Shown here: in pieces, positions 10,696 through 19,254 of the stretch
How positions within the stretch are numbered: the stretch's first letter is position 1
How the letters are laid out: each line of letters starts with the position of its first letter
Sequence record: ON210139.1
From: Escherichia phage EC128
Length of the DNA: 64,000 nucleotides
Reading direction: 5' to 3' (one strand)
Position numbers and translations under genes: made by a program
The notes under the pieces: model-generated
Database searches by the model: none
Told to the model about the DNA's origin: nothing
What the model saw: only the letters and a program-made list of their open reading frames with translations

Positions 10696-10744
10696 GTTTA
10701 CAGTATAGTTCCTTTGTGATAGTATTATCTTACACAAACAAAGG
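10696..10744 (+). promoter_or_regulatory. early promoter (GTTTAC -35, TAGTAT/TATTAT -10) with possible stem enclosing the -10
   Basis: GTTTAC 10696-10701; -10 at about 10720-10729; CCTTTGT (10711-10717) can pair with ACAAAGG (10738-10744). Confidence 0.5.
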
Positions 10745-10752
10745 AGAATAAA

Positions 10753-11085
10753 ATGAAAACGATTAATCTGAACGCTGCAGTTAAAACTAAATGCTTCAAT
10801 GGTAAATATAATGAAACTATGTGGTTCTTAATGGCAGTTGAAGGTGATATTATTGAAGTAGAAACAACAGAAGGTATGGGAACAGATTTCACCTTTACAA
10901 TTCAAGTTCATAATTTCTTTACTGGTTGGATTTATGAATTGAATACAGTAATCGTTGGAAAAATTGAACAAAATGAATTAGGCGAATGGCATTATGTTAC
11001 AGCTCGCCAACGTGCAGAACGCTTAATTGAGAAGATGAAAAAAGTTGGTAAACTTGACATGCAGCATTGGAAAGTAGTAAAATAA
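10753..11085 (+). CDS. hypothetical protein, 110 aa
   Basis: ATG with SD AAGGAG; downstream of early promoter. Confidence 0.65.
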   Translation: MKTINLNAAVKTKCFNGKYNETMWFLMAVEGDIIEVETTEGMGTDFTFTIQVHNFFTGWIYELNTVIVGKIEQNELGEWHYVTARQRAERLIEKMKKVGKLDMQHWKVVK

Positions 11086-11087
11086 TT

Positions 11088-11128
11088 GTTTACTTTGGTA
11101 CAGGACATGATATTATATACCTGTACCG
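11088..11128 (+). promoter_or_regulatory. early promoter with stem-loop enclosing the -10 (PeSL-like)
   Basis: GTTTAC 11088-11093, 17-nt spacer, TATTAT 11111-11116; stem GGTACAGG (11097-11104) / CCTGTACC (11121-11128). Confidence 0.55.
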
Positions 11129-11152
11129 CAATTAAACATCTTGGAGAATAAA

Positions 11153-11518
11153 ATGAACTACATTAACTTTGAACGTAAATATGTTTCTAATGGTATTGCA
11201 GGTTCTATTGATACCATCTGCCTTTGGAAACATCAAAATGGATCAGTATGCGAAATCGAACAGTATATGACTCCTAACTACGTTTATATGCGATTTGAAA
11301 ACGGTATCACGGTTTCAATCACGATGGAAGGTTCCAACTTTAAAATCGCTCTGGATGATGATTTCCGTCAACGTGATTTAGGGACTCATCCTTGCTGGAA
11401 TGGTGCTAATCGTAAACTCTTAGTTAAAACTTGGATTCGTCATATTCTGAGTAACAAAGCTAAACCTGAGCACTTGGAAGCAATCTTTGATGTAGTTCTT
11501 AACGAATTTGATATTTAA
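11153..11518 (+). CDS. hypothetical protein, 121 aa
   Basis: ATG11153 with SD GGAGAA; track ORF begins at TTG11141. Confidence 0.65.
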   Translation: MNYINFERKYVSNGIAGSIDTICLWKHQNGSVCEIEQYMTPNYVYMRFENGITVSITMEGSNFKIALDDDFRQRDLGTHPCWNGANRKLLVKTWIRHILSNKAKPEHLEAIFDVVLNEFDI

Positions 11519-11557
11519 AATAAATGAGGGGCTTCGGCCCCTATTGAGGAAAATATT

Positions 11558-11845
11558 ATGTTTATGACTACTTATTTTGATACCCGCAAAAATTTCTGTG
11601 AAGTTGTTTTCTCAAAGGCACCTAAAGACCTTCCTGCACATTTGCAACCTACTAGCGAATCGATTAAAAACTACGTTGATGTGGTTTGTCCTTTAGAGTT
11701 CCGTACTGTAAATGGGCGTGATACTTTAGCTATCACTAAACTCAATCGCGAAATTGACATTGACCCTTCAATTGCGCGCGAAATTAATATCTCTGATATT
11801 GGCGGCGGTAATGTTAAATCGCACGGTTTTCAGATGAGGTTCTAA
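11558..11845 (+). CDS. hypothetical protein, 95 aa
   Basis: ATG with SD GAGGA; preceded by hairpin GGGGC-TTCG-GCCCC at 11528-11541. Confidence 0.6.
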   Translation: MFMTTYFDTRKNFCEVVFSKAPKDLPAHLQPTSESIKNYVDVVCPLEFRTVNGRDTLAITKLNREIDIDPSIAREINISDIGGGNVKSHGFQMRF

Positions 11846-12042
11846 TGAAATTCTTTTTAGGTCAAACTGTTGAATTAAAGGGAGTTGGTATACCTGGATT
11901 AATTTCTAAGGTTCTACCTCCATTTAAATGGAGTGGTATTCAAATAAAAGAGGCTTATATTGTTTCCTGGGTAGATGGAAATGAAGACCTTCGTATGGGT
12001 GATGAATTATCTCCTATCTACGGATTAAAGGAATTAGTATGA
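11845..12042 (+). CDS. hypothetical protein, 65 aa
   Basis: TAATG overlap with upstream ORF; SD GAGGT. Confidence 0.55.
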   Translation: MKFFLGQTVELKGVGIPGLISKVLPPFKWSGIQIKEAYIVSWVDGNEDLRMGDELSPIYGLKELV

Positions 12043-12245
12043 ATATAATTAATAAGATTTTTGGAATTCAGTACATTAAGGTCACATATAAAGTAACAGA
12101 TAAAAATCCATATACTGATGAACGTGAAGAACCACGAGTTGAGTCTATTATATTAGAAAAGGACCCTAACTGGCCAGTTGAATTTCGTCTTCCTTGCTAT
12201 GGTCATTGGGCTGATGTTGAAATTATAAGCATTGAAAATGTCTGA
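12039..12245 (+). CDS. hypothetical protein, 68 aa
   Basis: ATG with SD AAGGAA; overlaps next ORF by 8 nt. Confidence 0.55.
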   Translation: MNIINKIFGIQYIKVTYKVTDKNPYTDEREEPRVESIILEKDPNWPVEFRLPCYGHWADVEIISIENV

Positions 12246-12696
12246 GTTAGAGATTAGAAGCAATTTTAGGTGGCCATCATGTGCATTAAGTAATTTCGCC
12301 CAATGGCCTTTCGTTATGGATGGTATTCAATTTGGAGGTCTTGAAGGATTCCTCCAAGGATGCAAGGTGAAAAACGTTGAACAACAACGTCGTATATTTG
12401 GGTTATCCGGGCTTGCCGCCCAACAAGCTGGAAGGTCTTATGCAAGAGCTCAGGACCGTGGAACCCTCTTCTGGCTTGGAGTTCCATTTTCAAGATACTC
12501 CCCGGCGTGGAAAGAATTATACACAAATGCATATTTTGAAGCAGCGATCCAAAACAAGGGCTTTCGTGATGCATTACAAGCCTCGAAAGGAAAAGTTTTG
12601 AAGCACAGCATGGCTAGTGGTCTAACAAAAGATGATACAATACTAACCGAAGCTGAATTTATTGATGTGTTAAACCTATTAAGAGACTCTCTATGA
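12238..12696 (+). CDS. NADAR-like (YbiA/DUF1768-like) protein, 152 aa
   Basis: Motif ..LSNFAQWPFVMDGIQFGGLEGFLQGCK.. resembles the NADAR signature as I remember it from E. coli YbiA; first ATG is 12238 (track starts at TTG12232). Confidence 0.5.
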   Translation: MSELEIRSNFRWPSCALSNFAQWPFVMDGIQFGGLEGFLQGCKVKNVEQQRRIFGLSGLAAQQAGRSYARAQDRGTLFWLGVPFSRYSPAWKELYTNAYFEAAIQNKGFRDALQASKGKVLKHSMASGLTKDDTILTEAEFIDVLNLLRDSL

Positions 12697-13532
12697 AGCC
12701 TACTATTTTAACTGATATTGATGGAGTGTGTTTAAGCTGGCAATCAGGCCTTCCTTATTTTGCTCAGAAATATAATCTTCCGTTGGAACATATTTTAAAA
12801 ATGATCCAAGATGAAAAATTTATTTCTCCTGGTAAACTTTTTAATTGTGATGAAGAACTTGGTGTCAAGTTAATTGAAAAATACAATCGTTCAGATTTTA
12901 TTCGTTACTTGTCTCCATATAAAGATGCTCTGTGTGTAATTAACAAATTAAAAGAAGATTATAATTTTGTAGCTGTTACAGCGCTGGGTGATTCTATTGA
13001 CGCTCTGCTGAATCGTCAATTTAATTTGAATGCTCTTTTTCCTGGTGCCTTCTCAGAAGTACTGATGTGTGGTCATGATTCTTCAAAAGAAGAGTTGTTC
13101 AAAAAGGCAAAAGAGAAATATAACGTAATTTGTTATATTGACGATCTCGCTCACCACTGCGATCACGCGAGTGAAATATTAAGTGTTCCTGTTTATTGGA
13201 TGGCTCGAGGGGAACGTGACAGTATTCCAAAAACTGCTCAGCGAGTTTATACATGGAACGATGTAGAGAATAAGCTTTTTTCACCAAAGGAAAATAAAGA
13301 AAGTTTTGATAGTGAAAAAGCTATAAAAGATGTAATTGAAAAGATGATTAAAAACGATTCTTTTCGTTGGAACACTACCTGGAGAACTCCTGGATTTAAT
13401 CCTTATAATCATCTATATCATCCATATCAGACACATCCGTTTCAGACATGGAACTATATTAAACCCGGCGGTATAGAGTATTTGTATAATAGACCTACTT
13501 GTGGTGATAATATTTTCCAAGGAGCATTCTAA
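12693..13532 (+). CDS. HAD-superfamily phosphatase/nucleotidase-like protein, 279 aa
   Basis: HAD motif I ILTDIDGV near N-terminus and a DD motif (ICYIDDLAHH); ATGA overlap with upstream ORF. Confidence 0.65.
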   Translation: MKPTILTDIDGVCLSWQSGLPYFAQKYNLPLEHILKMIQDEKFISPGKLFNCDEELGVKLIEKYNRSDFIRYLSPYKDALCVINKLKEDYNFVAVTALGDSIDALLNRQFNLNALFPGAFSEVLMCGHDSSKEELFKKAKEKYNVICYIDDLAHHCDHASEILSVPVYWMARGERDSIPKTAQRVYTWNDVENKLFSPKENKESFDSEKAIKDVIEKMIKNDSFRWNTTWRTPGFNPYNHLYHPYQTHPFQTWNYIKPGGIEYLYNRPTCGDNIFQGAF

Positions 13533-13801
13533 TGTTTGTTGTTCACACTATTTATGAAAATGAAGGTAATACTACACGTGATTACGGTCACGTAAATCAA
13601 TTTTTTAGATGCAATCCAGAATTCCGAGCTCAAAAAGACGAACGAATTTTTAAAAAATGCGTAGAGCAAGGTTTCATTTATATCAAGCACTGGATGCAAG
13701 GAAATAAAGTTAGAACCACATATCATAAGTCTTTGACTGAGCTTAATGATGAATTGATTTATAATAGAGCTGTAAACCAAACTCTGAAGGATGAACAATG
13801 A
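13532..13801 (+). CDS. hypothetical protein, 89 aa
   Basis: TAATG overlap with upstream ORF; SD AAGGAG. Confidence 0.6.
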   Translation: MFVVHTIYENEGNTTRDYGHVNQFFRCNPEFRAQKDERIFKKCVEQGFIYIKHWMQGNKVRTTYHKSLTELNDELIYNRAVNQTLKDEQ

Positions 13802-15261
13802 TTCTTAAAATTCTGAACGAAATAGCATCTATTGGTTCAACTAAGCAGAAGCAAGCAATTCTTGAAAAGAATAAAGATAATGAATTGCTTAAACGAGTAT
13901 ATCGTCTGACTTATTCTCGTGGGCTGCAGTATTATATCAAGAAATGGCCTAAACCTGGTATTGCTACCCAGAGTTTTGGAATGTTGACTCTTACCGATAT
14001 GCTTGACTTCATTGAATTCACATTAGCTACTCGGAAATTGACTGGAAATGCAGCAATTGAGGAATTAACTGGATATATCACCGATGGTAAAAAAGATGAT
14101 GTTGAAGTTTTGCGTCGAGTGATGATGCGAGACCTTGAATGTGGTGCTTCAGTATCTATTGCAAACAAAGTTTGGCCAGGTTTAATTCCTGAACAACCTC
14201 AAATGCTGGCAAGTTCTTATGATGAAAAAGGCATTAATAAGAATATCAAATTTCCAGCCTTTGCCCAGTTAAAAGCTGATGGGGCTCGGTGCTTTGCCGA
14301 AGTCAGAGGTGATGAATTAGATGATGTTCGTCTTTTATCACGAGCCGGTAATGAATATCTAGGATTAGATCTTCTTAAGGAAGAATTAATCAAAATGACC
14401 GCTGAAGCCCGCCAGATTCATCCAGAAGGCGTGTTAATTGATGGCGAATTGGTATACCATGAGCAAGTTAAAAAGGAGCCAGAAGGCCTAGATTTTCTTT
14501 TTGATGCTTATCCTGAAAACAGTAAAGCCAAAGAATTCGCCGAAGTAGCTGAATCACGTACTACTTCTAATGGAATCGCTAATAAATCTTTAAAGGGAAC
14601 CATTTCTGAAAAAGAAGCTCAATGCATGAAGTTTCAGGTCTGGGATTATGTTCCATTGGTAGAAATATACGGTCTTCCTGCATTTCGTTTGAAATATGAT
14701 GTACGTTTTTCTAAACTAGAACAAATGACATCAGGCTATGATAAAGTAATTTTAATTGAAAACCAGGTAGTAAATAACCTAGATGAAGCTAAGGTAATTT
14801 ATAAAAAGTATATTGACCAAGGTCTTGAAGGTATTATTCTCAAAAATATCGATGGATTATGGGAAAATGCTCGTTCAAAAAATCTCTATAAATTTAAAGA
14901 AGTAATTGATGTTGATTTAAAAATTGTAGGAATTTATCCTCACCGTAAAGACCCTACTAAAGCGGGTGGATTTATTCTTGAGTCAGAGTGTGGAAAAATT
15001 AAGGTAAATGCTGGTTCAGGCTTAAAAGATAAAGCCGGTGTAAAATCACATGAACTTGACCGTACTCGCATTATGGAAAACCAAAATTATTATATTGGAA
15101 AAATTCTAGAGTGCGAATGCAACGGTTGGTTAAAATCTGATGGCCGCACTGATTACGTTAAATTATTTCTTCCGATTGCGATTCGTTTACGTGAAGATAA
15201 AACTAAAGCTAATACATTCGAGGATGTATTTGGTGATTTTCATGAGGTAACTGGTCTATGA
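13798..15261 (+). CDS. 30: ATP-dependent DNA ligase, 487 aa
   Basis: MILKILNEIASIGSTKQKQAILEKNK.. and adenylation motif KADGAR; matches T4 DNA ligase. Confidence 0.97.
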   Translation: MILKILNEIASIGSTKQKQAILEKNKDNELLKRVYRLTYSRGLQYYIKKWPKPGIATQSFGMLTLTDMLDFIEFTLATRKLTGNAAIEELTGYITDGKKDDVEVLRRVMMRDLECGASVSIANKVWPGLIPEQPQMLASSYDEKGINKNIKFPAFAQLKADGARCFAEVRGDELDDVRLLSRAGNEYLGLDLLKEELIKMTAEARQIHPEGVLIDGELVYHEQVKKEPEGLDFLFDAYPENSKAKEFAEVAESRTTSNGIANKSLKGTISEKEAQCMKFQVWDYVPLVEIYGLPAFRLKYDVRFSKLEQMTSGYDKVILIENQVVNNLDEAKVIYKKYIDQGLEGIILKNIDGLWENARSKNLYKFKEVIDVDLKIVGIYPHRKDPTKAGGFILESECGKIKVNAGSGLKDKAGVKSHELDRTRIMENQNYYIGKILECECNGWLKSDGRTDYVKLFLPIAIRLREDKTKANTFEDVFGDFHEVTGL

Positions 15262-15446
15262 AAGCTTACTTAGAAACAATTGTCATTGCTCAAAAAGAAG
15301 GTGGAGATGTTTCTACTTCTGTATCACAAGTCATTCTCGAATTTGTAGATGCATACGCTTATAATAAATTTACAGAAACATTTGATGCCTATGAAAAAGG
15401 ACCAAAGTTTGAAATATATCGTACTCTCTTACCACTAGATTACTAA
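15258..15446 (+). CDS. hypothetical protein, 62 aa (between ligase and alt)
   Basis: ATG overlapping ligase stop; followed by terminator. Confidence 0.55.
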   Translation: MKAYLETIVIAQKEGGDVSTSVSQVILEFVDAYAYNKFTETFDAYEKGPKFEIYRTLLPLDY

Positions 15447-15470
15447 AGGCCTTCGGGCCTTTAATTTTAT
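15447..15470 (+). terminator. rho-independent terminator
   Basis: Stem AGGCC-TTCG-GGCCT followed by TTAATTTT. Confidence 0.7.
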
Positions 15471-15475
15471 AAATA
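15468..15475 (+). promoter_or_regulatory. candidate late promoter TATAAATA upstream of alt
   Basis: Exact TATAAATA about 24 nt upstream of alt ATG. Confidence 0.5.
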
Positions 15476-15498
15476 GAATAAACACTAGAGAGGATATG

Positions 15499-17547
15499 AT
15501 GGAACTAATTACAGAATTATTTGACGAAGATACTACTCTTCCGATTACAAACTTAAATCCAAAGAAGAAAATACCACAAATTTTTTCAGTTCATGTTGAT
15601 GATGCAATTGAACAACCAGGCTTTCGTTTATGTACCTATACATCTGGAGGTGATACTAATCGTGATTTAAAGATGGGCGATAAAATGATGCATATTGTTC
15701 CTTTTACATTAACCGCTAAAGGTTCAATTGCTAAATTGAAAGGTCTTGGTCCAAGCCCAATTAATTATATCAATTCGGTTTTTACTGTTGCAATGCAAAC
15801 AATGCGTCAGTATAAAATTGATGCCTGTATGCTCCGTATTCTTAAGTCTAAAACTGCTGGTCAAGCTCGACAAATTCAAGTTATTGCTGATAGACTTATC
15901 CGTAGTCGTTCAGGTGGCAGATACGTCCTTCTTAAGGAACTCTGGGATTATGATAAAAAGTATGCATATATTCTTATACATCGCAAAAATGTATCACTAG
16001 AAGACATTCAAGGGGTTCCGGAAATTAGTACCGAGCTCTTTACTAAAGTTGAATCGAAGGTCGGTGATGTTTATATCAATAAAGATACTGGAGCTCAAGT
16101 AACTAAAAATGAGGCAATTGCAGCATCTATTGCACAAGAAAATGATAAACGTTCTGATCAAGCTGTAATCGTTAAAGTTAAAATTTCCCGTAGAGCAATT
16201 GCACAAAGTCAGTCGTTGGAATCTTCTAGATTTGAAACACCGATGTTTCAAAAATTTGAGGCTTCAGCGGCAGAATTAAATAAACCAGCGGACGCTCCTT
16301 TAATTTCTGATTCTAATGAATTAACGGTAATTTCTACTTCAGGATTTGCACTAGAGAATGCTCTTAGCAGTGTTACAGCTGGGATGGCATTCAGAGAAGC
16401 TTCTATAATTCCTGAAGATAAAGAATCCATTATTAATGCAGAAATAAAAAATAAAGCTTTAGAAAAATTACGAAAAGAATCTATTACTTCAATAAAAACT
16501 TTAGAAACTATTGCTTCTATCGTCGATGATACTTTAGAAAAATATAAAGGTGCTTGGTTTGAAAGAAATATTAACAGACATTCGCATTTAAACCAAGATG
16601 CTGCAAATGAGTTAGTACAAAATTCTTGGAATGCAATAAAAACAAAGATTATTCGAAGAGAATTACGTGGATATGCTCTTACCGCTGGATGGTCATTACA
16701 TCCTATAGTCGAAAATAAAGATTCATCTAAATACACACCAGCACAAAAACGCGGAATTCGTGAATACGTAGGTTCAGGATATGTAGACATAAATAATGCT
16801 CTTTTGGGATTATATAATCCAGATGAGCGTACAAGTATTTTAACAGCACCTGAAATAGAACAAGCCATTGATAATTTAGATTCAGCCTTTAAAAATGGTG
16901 AACGATTACCAAAAGGTATTACTTTGTATCGTTCACAACGAATGTTACCTTCAATATACGAAGCAATGGTAAAAAATCGAGTTTTTTATTTTAGAAACTT
17001 TGTGTCAACATCATTATATCCAAATATTTTTGGTACTTGGATGACTGATTCATCTGTGGGTGTTTTACCAGACGAAAAGCGTCTAAGTGTTTCTATTGAT
17101 AAAACTGATGAAGGACTAGTAAATTCTAGCGATAATTTAGTTGGAATTGGATGGGTTATTACTGGGGCTGATAAGGTTAATGTTGTTTTACCCGGTGGAA
17201 GTTTAGCGCCTTCAAATGAAATGGAAGTCATTTTGCCACGTGGATTAATGGTCAAAGTTAATAAAATAACCGATGCATCTTACAACGATGGAACAGTTAG
17301 AACTAACAACAAGCTTATTCAAGCTGAAGTTATGACCACAGAAGAACTCACCGAATCGGTAATCTATGACGGAGACCATTTAATGGAAACTGGTGAATTG
17401 GTTACAATGACAGGTGATATAGAAGACAGAGTTGACTTTGCATCATTTGTTTCATCAAATGTTAAACAGAAAGTAGAATCATCTCTTGGAATTATTGCGT
17501 CTTGCATAGATATTGCAAACATGCCTTACAAGTTCGTTCAAGGATAA
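15499..17547 (+). CDS. alt: Alt, packaged ADP-ribosyltransferase, 682 aa
   Basis: MELITELFDEDTTLPITNLNPKKKIPQIF.. matches T4 Alt; SD GAGAGGA; second ATG of ATGATG chosen to give 682 aa. Confidence 0.93.
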   Translation: MELITELFDEDTTLPITNLNPKKKIPQIFSVHVDDAIEQPGFRLCTYTSGGDTNRDLKMGDKMMHIVPFTLTAKGSIAKLKGLGPSPINYINSVFTVAMQTMRQYKIDACMLRILKSKTAGQARQIQVIADRLIRSRSGGRYVLLKELWDYDKKYAYILIHRKNVSLEDIQGVPEISTELFTKVESKVGDVYINKDTGAQVTKNEAIAASIAQENDKRSDQAVIVKVKISRRAIAQSQSLESSRFETPMFQKFEASAAELNKPADAPLISDSNELTVISTSGFALENALSSVTAGMAFREASIIPEDKESIINAEIKNKALEKLRKESITSIKTLETIASIVDDTLEKYKGAWFERNINRHSHLNQDAANELVQNSWNAIKTKIIRRELRGYALTAGWSLHPIVENKDSSKYTPAQKRGIREYVGSGYVDINNALLGLYNPDERTSILTAPEIEQAIDNLDSAFKNGERLPKGITLYRSQRMLPSIYEAMVKNRVFYFRNFVSTSLYPNIFGTWMTDSSVGVLPDEKRLSVSIDKTDEGLVNSSDNLVGIGWVITGADKVNVVLPGGSLAPSNEMEVILPRGLMVKVNKITDASYNDGTVRTNNKLIQAEVMTTEELTESVIYDGDHLMETGELVTMTGDIEDRVDFASFVSSNVKQKVESSLGIIASCIDIANMPYKFVQG

Positions 17548-17551
17548 ATCA

Positions 17552-17937
17552 TGGAACTTATTACATAATTATTTGACGGCGCTTCGGCGCCGGTTGTTAA
17601 CTTAAATCCTAAGCATAAAATACCACAAATTTTTGCTATTCAAGCCGGCGAAGAAAGCGTGCTTCCTGGATTTAGATTTTGTACATACACCTCTGGCGGT
17701 GATACGAATAAAAACGTTAAGCCGGGCGATAAAATGATGCATATCGTAATGATAGGTGTTAATGAGAAATTATCACTGGTTAAGCTTAGAAACTTGGGTG
17801 GAAATCCAATTGGCGTCATTAATGCTGTTTTTGATACTGCTCTTCAAACAATGAAGCAGTATAAAATTGACGCATGCCTATTCCGCGTACTAAAAAGTTC
17901 AAAATGTAGTTTACAAGTCCCTCGTGTTGTGTTATAG
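17552..17937 (+). pseudogene. decayed duplicate of the alt 5' region (Alt N-terminal paralogue remnant)
   Basis: ATGGAACTTATTACATAA.. parallels alt start ATGGAACTAATTACAGAA; in-frame TAA at codon 6, then open through residues equivalent to Alt ~7-125; ends inside the downstream promoter repeat. Confidence 0.5.
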
Positions 17938-17962
17938 TAGTCTTACTGACATAACATGAGGA
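17909..17962 (+). promoter_or_regulatory. early promoter/stem-loop element, copy B
   Basis: 53/54 nt identical to 3806-3859 (single C/T difference in the -10); GTTTAC 17909-17914, TATAGT 17933-17938, SD GAGGA 17958-17962. Confidence 0.6.
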
Positions 17963-17969
17963 ACACAAA

Positions 17970-18260
17970 ATGAAATCTTCTTTGCGCTTTTTAGGTCAAG
18001 AACTTGTAGTTGAAGGCGTTATTCCTGCTGATAATGCTTTTAACGAAGCAGTTTATGATGAATTTATCAAAATTTTCGGAACAGATAAAAAGTTTGGAAT
18101 TTTTCCTTCTGAAAATTTTTCAAAGCCAGAACAGACTGAAAGTATTTTTCAGGGTGTAGTAACAGGTAAATTTGAGTCAGAAGCTCCTGTAAAAATTGAA
18201 GTTTATATTGAAGACGGTTTAGTTGCTTCAGTTGCTGCTTTCATTTCATTCCGTAAATAA
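17970..18260 (+). CDS. hypothetical protein, 96 aa, cargo ORF downstream of promoter repeat copy B
   Basis: ATG 8 nt after SD GAGGA; followed by strong bidirectional terminator; no recognisable motif. Confidence 0.6.
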   Translation: MKSSLRFLGQELVVEGVIPADNAFNEAVYDEFIKIFGTDKKFGIFPSENFSKPEQTESIFQGVVTGKFESEAPVKIEVYIEDGLVASVAAFISFRK

Positions 18261-18266
18261 AAATAT

Positions 18267-18284
18267 GGGGACCGAAAGGTCCCC
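18267..18284. terminator. bidirectional terminator hairpin between the 96-aa ORF and gene 54
   Basis: Stem GGGGACC-GAAA-GGTCCCC flanked by A/T-rich runs on both sides. Confidence 0.7.
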
Positions 18285-18288
18285 ATTG

Positions 18289-19254
18289 TTATATTGCTCC
18301 TAATATTTTACTTTGCGAATTGACAATTCCTGTCATGGTATTAATGTTTGAAATGCTTCCAGCAGTTCCCCCTAATCTACTGAGTCGTGAAAGCGAATTA
18401 GATAGTCCAGTAACGCCTCCGCTATTTCCGAGAACGCTTTGAATACCATTTATAGCAGCAGATTCAAGCCATTCAAGCGCAGCTTGCCTATCAACTGCTC
18501 CAGCCTGCATCACTCTATACGCAAAAGTAACGTCAAATGTAGTTATTTGGTTATCTCCATCATATGATAACTCAGGAGCGCTCACTGATATTGGAATGCA
18601 TCCGGTGAACATCACCGCAGTATGAGGCAATCCATTACGAGAATGAAGATTAACCTGAATATCCGCCTCGACATCTTGTGGCAAAGCACGTAATCCAGTT
18701 ACTGGGTCTTGAACGGAGTTAACCCAGTCTTGCATTGCACGATAGTTACAAGCTTCTGAATCCATTCTAAATGAAATAACCAAAGGGTCTAATTCTCTCC
18801 CAGTTATACGAATATTAGGAGAATTATAGTTCCAGTCAGTTTCATAGGATAATCTATTCTCTGGCATTTTTACAGAATATATCATCAATCCAGATGAGTT
18901 ATATGCCATGTTAAAGAAGTCAATTAAATATGTACCAACTGTAAATGAGCCTAATAAACTTTGAACTGTACGTTGACTCATGGCACCAATAAGATATTTA
19001 CTAACCCCTGATTTTCTTATCAGTTTTTGTGTGCCAGCAGTAATTAGCGTGGTAATTCCCTGATTAATATCACCTTGAGTCAATCCTAACCAATCTGAAT
19101 TTAGGCCCAAGTTATTATAAGAAAAGTTGCTAATTGAACTTATCAACGAAGAGCTTTTAGTTGATGGAGTTGTCGCAAAAACGCAGCTAAACATATTATT
19201 ACGTTGGAAATCTGCGTTTATTGCTTGATTATTAAATTCCTCTAAAGAATACAT
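18289..19254 (-). CDS. 54: baseplate tail-tube initiator gp54
   Basis: Length (321 aa) and gene order 54-48-29-28-27-51 as in T4; ATG confirmed. Confidence 0.85.
   Translation of the reverse strand: MYSLEEFNNQAINADFQRNNMFSCVFATTPSTKSSSLISSISNFSYNNLGLNSDWLGLTQGDINQGITTLITAGTQKLIRKSGVSKYLIGAMSQRTVQSLLGSFTVGTYLIDFFNMAYNSSGLMIYSVKMPENRLSYETDWNYNSPNIRITGRELDPLVISFRMDSEACNYRAMQDWVNSVQDPVTGLRALPQDVEADIQVNLHSRNGLPHTAVMFTGCIPISVSAPELSYDGDNQITTFDVTFAYRVMQAGAVDRQAALEWLESAAINGIQSVLGNSGGVTGLSNSLSRLSRLGGTAGSISNINTMTGIVNSQSKILGAI

Noticed and set aside
16248-16868. 206-aa minus-strand ORF, plus smaller ORFs at 15746-16000 and 15997-16251
   Set aside because: Embedded in or antisense to alt, which is confidently coding.
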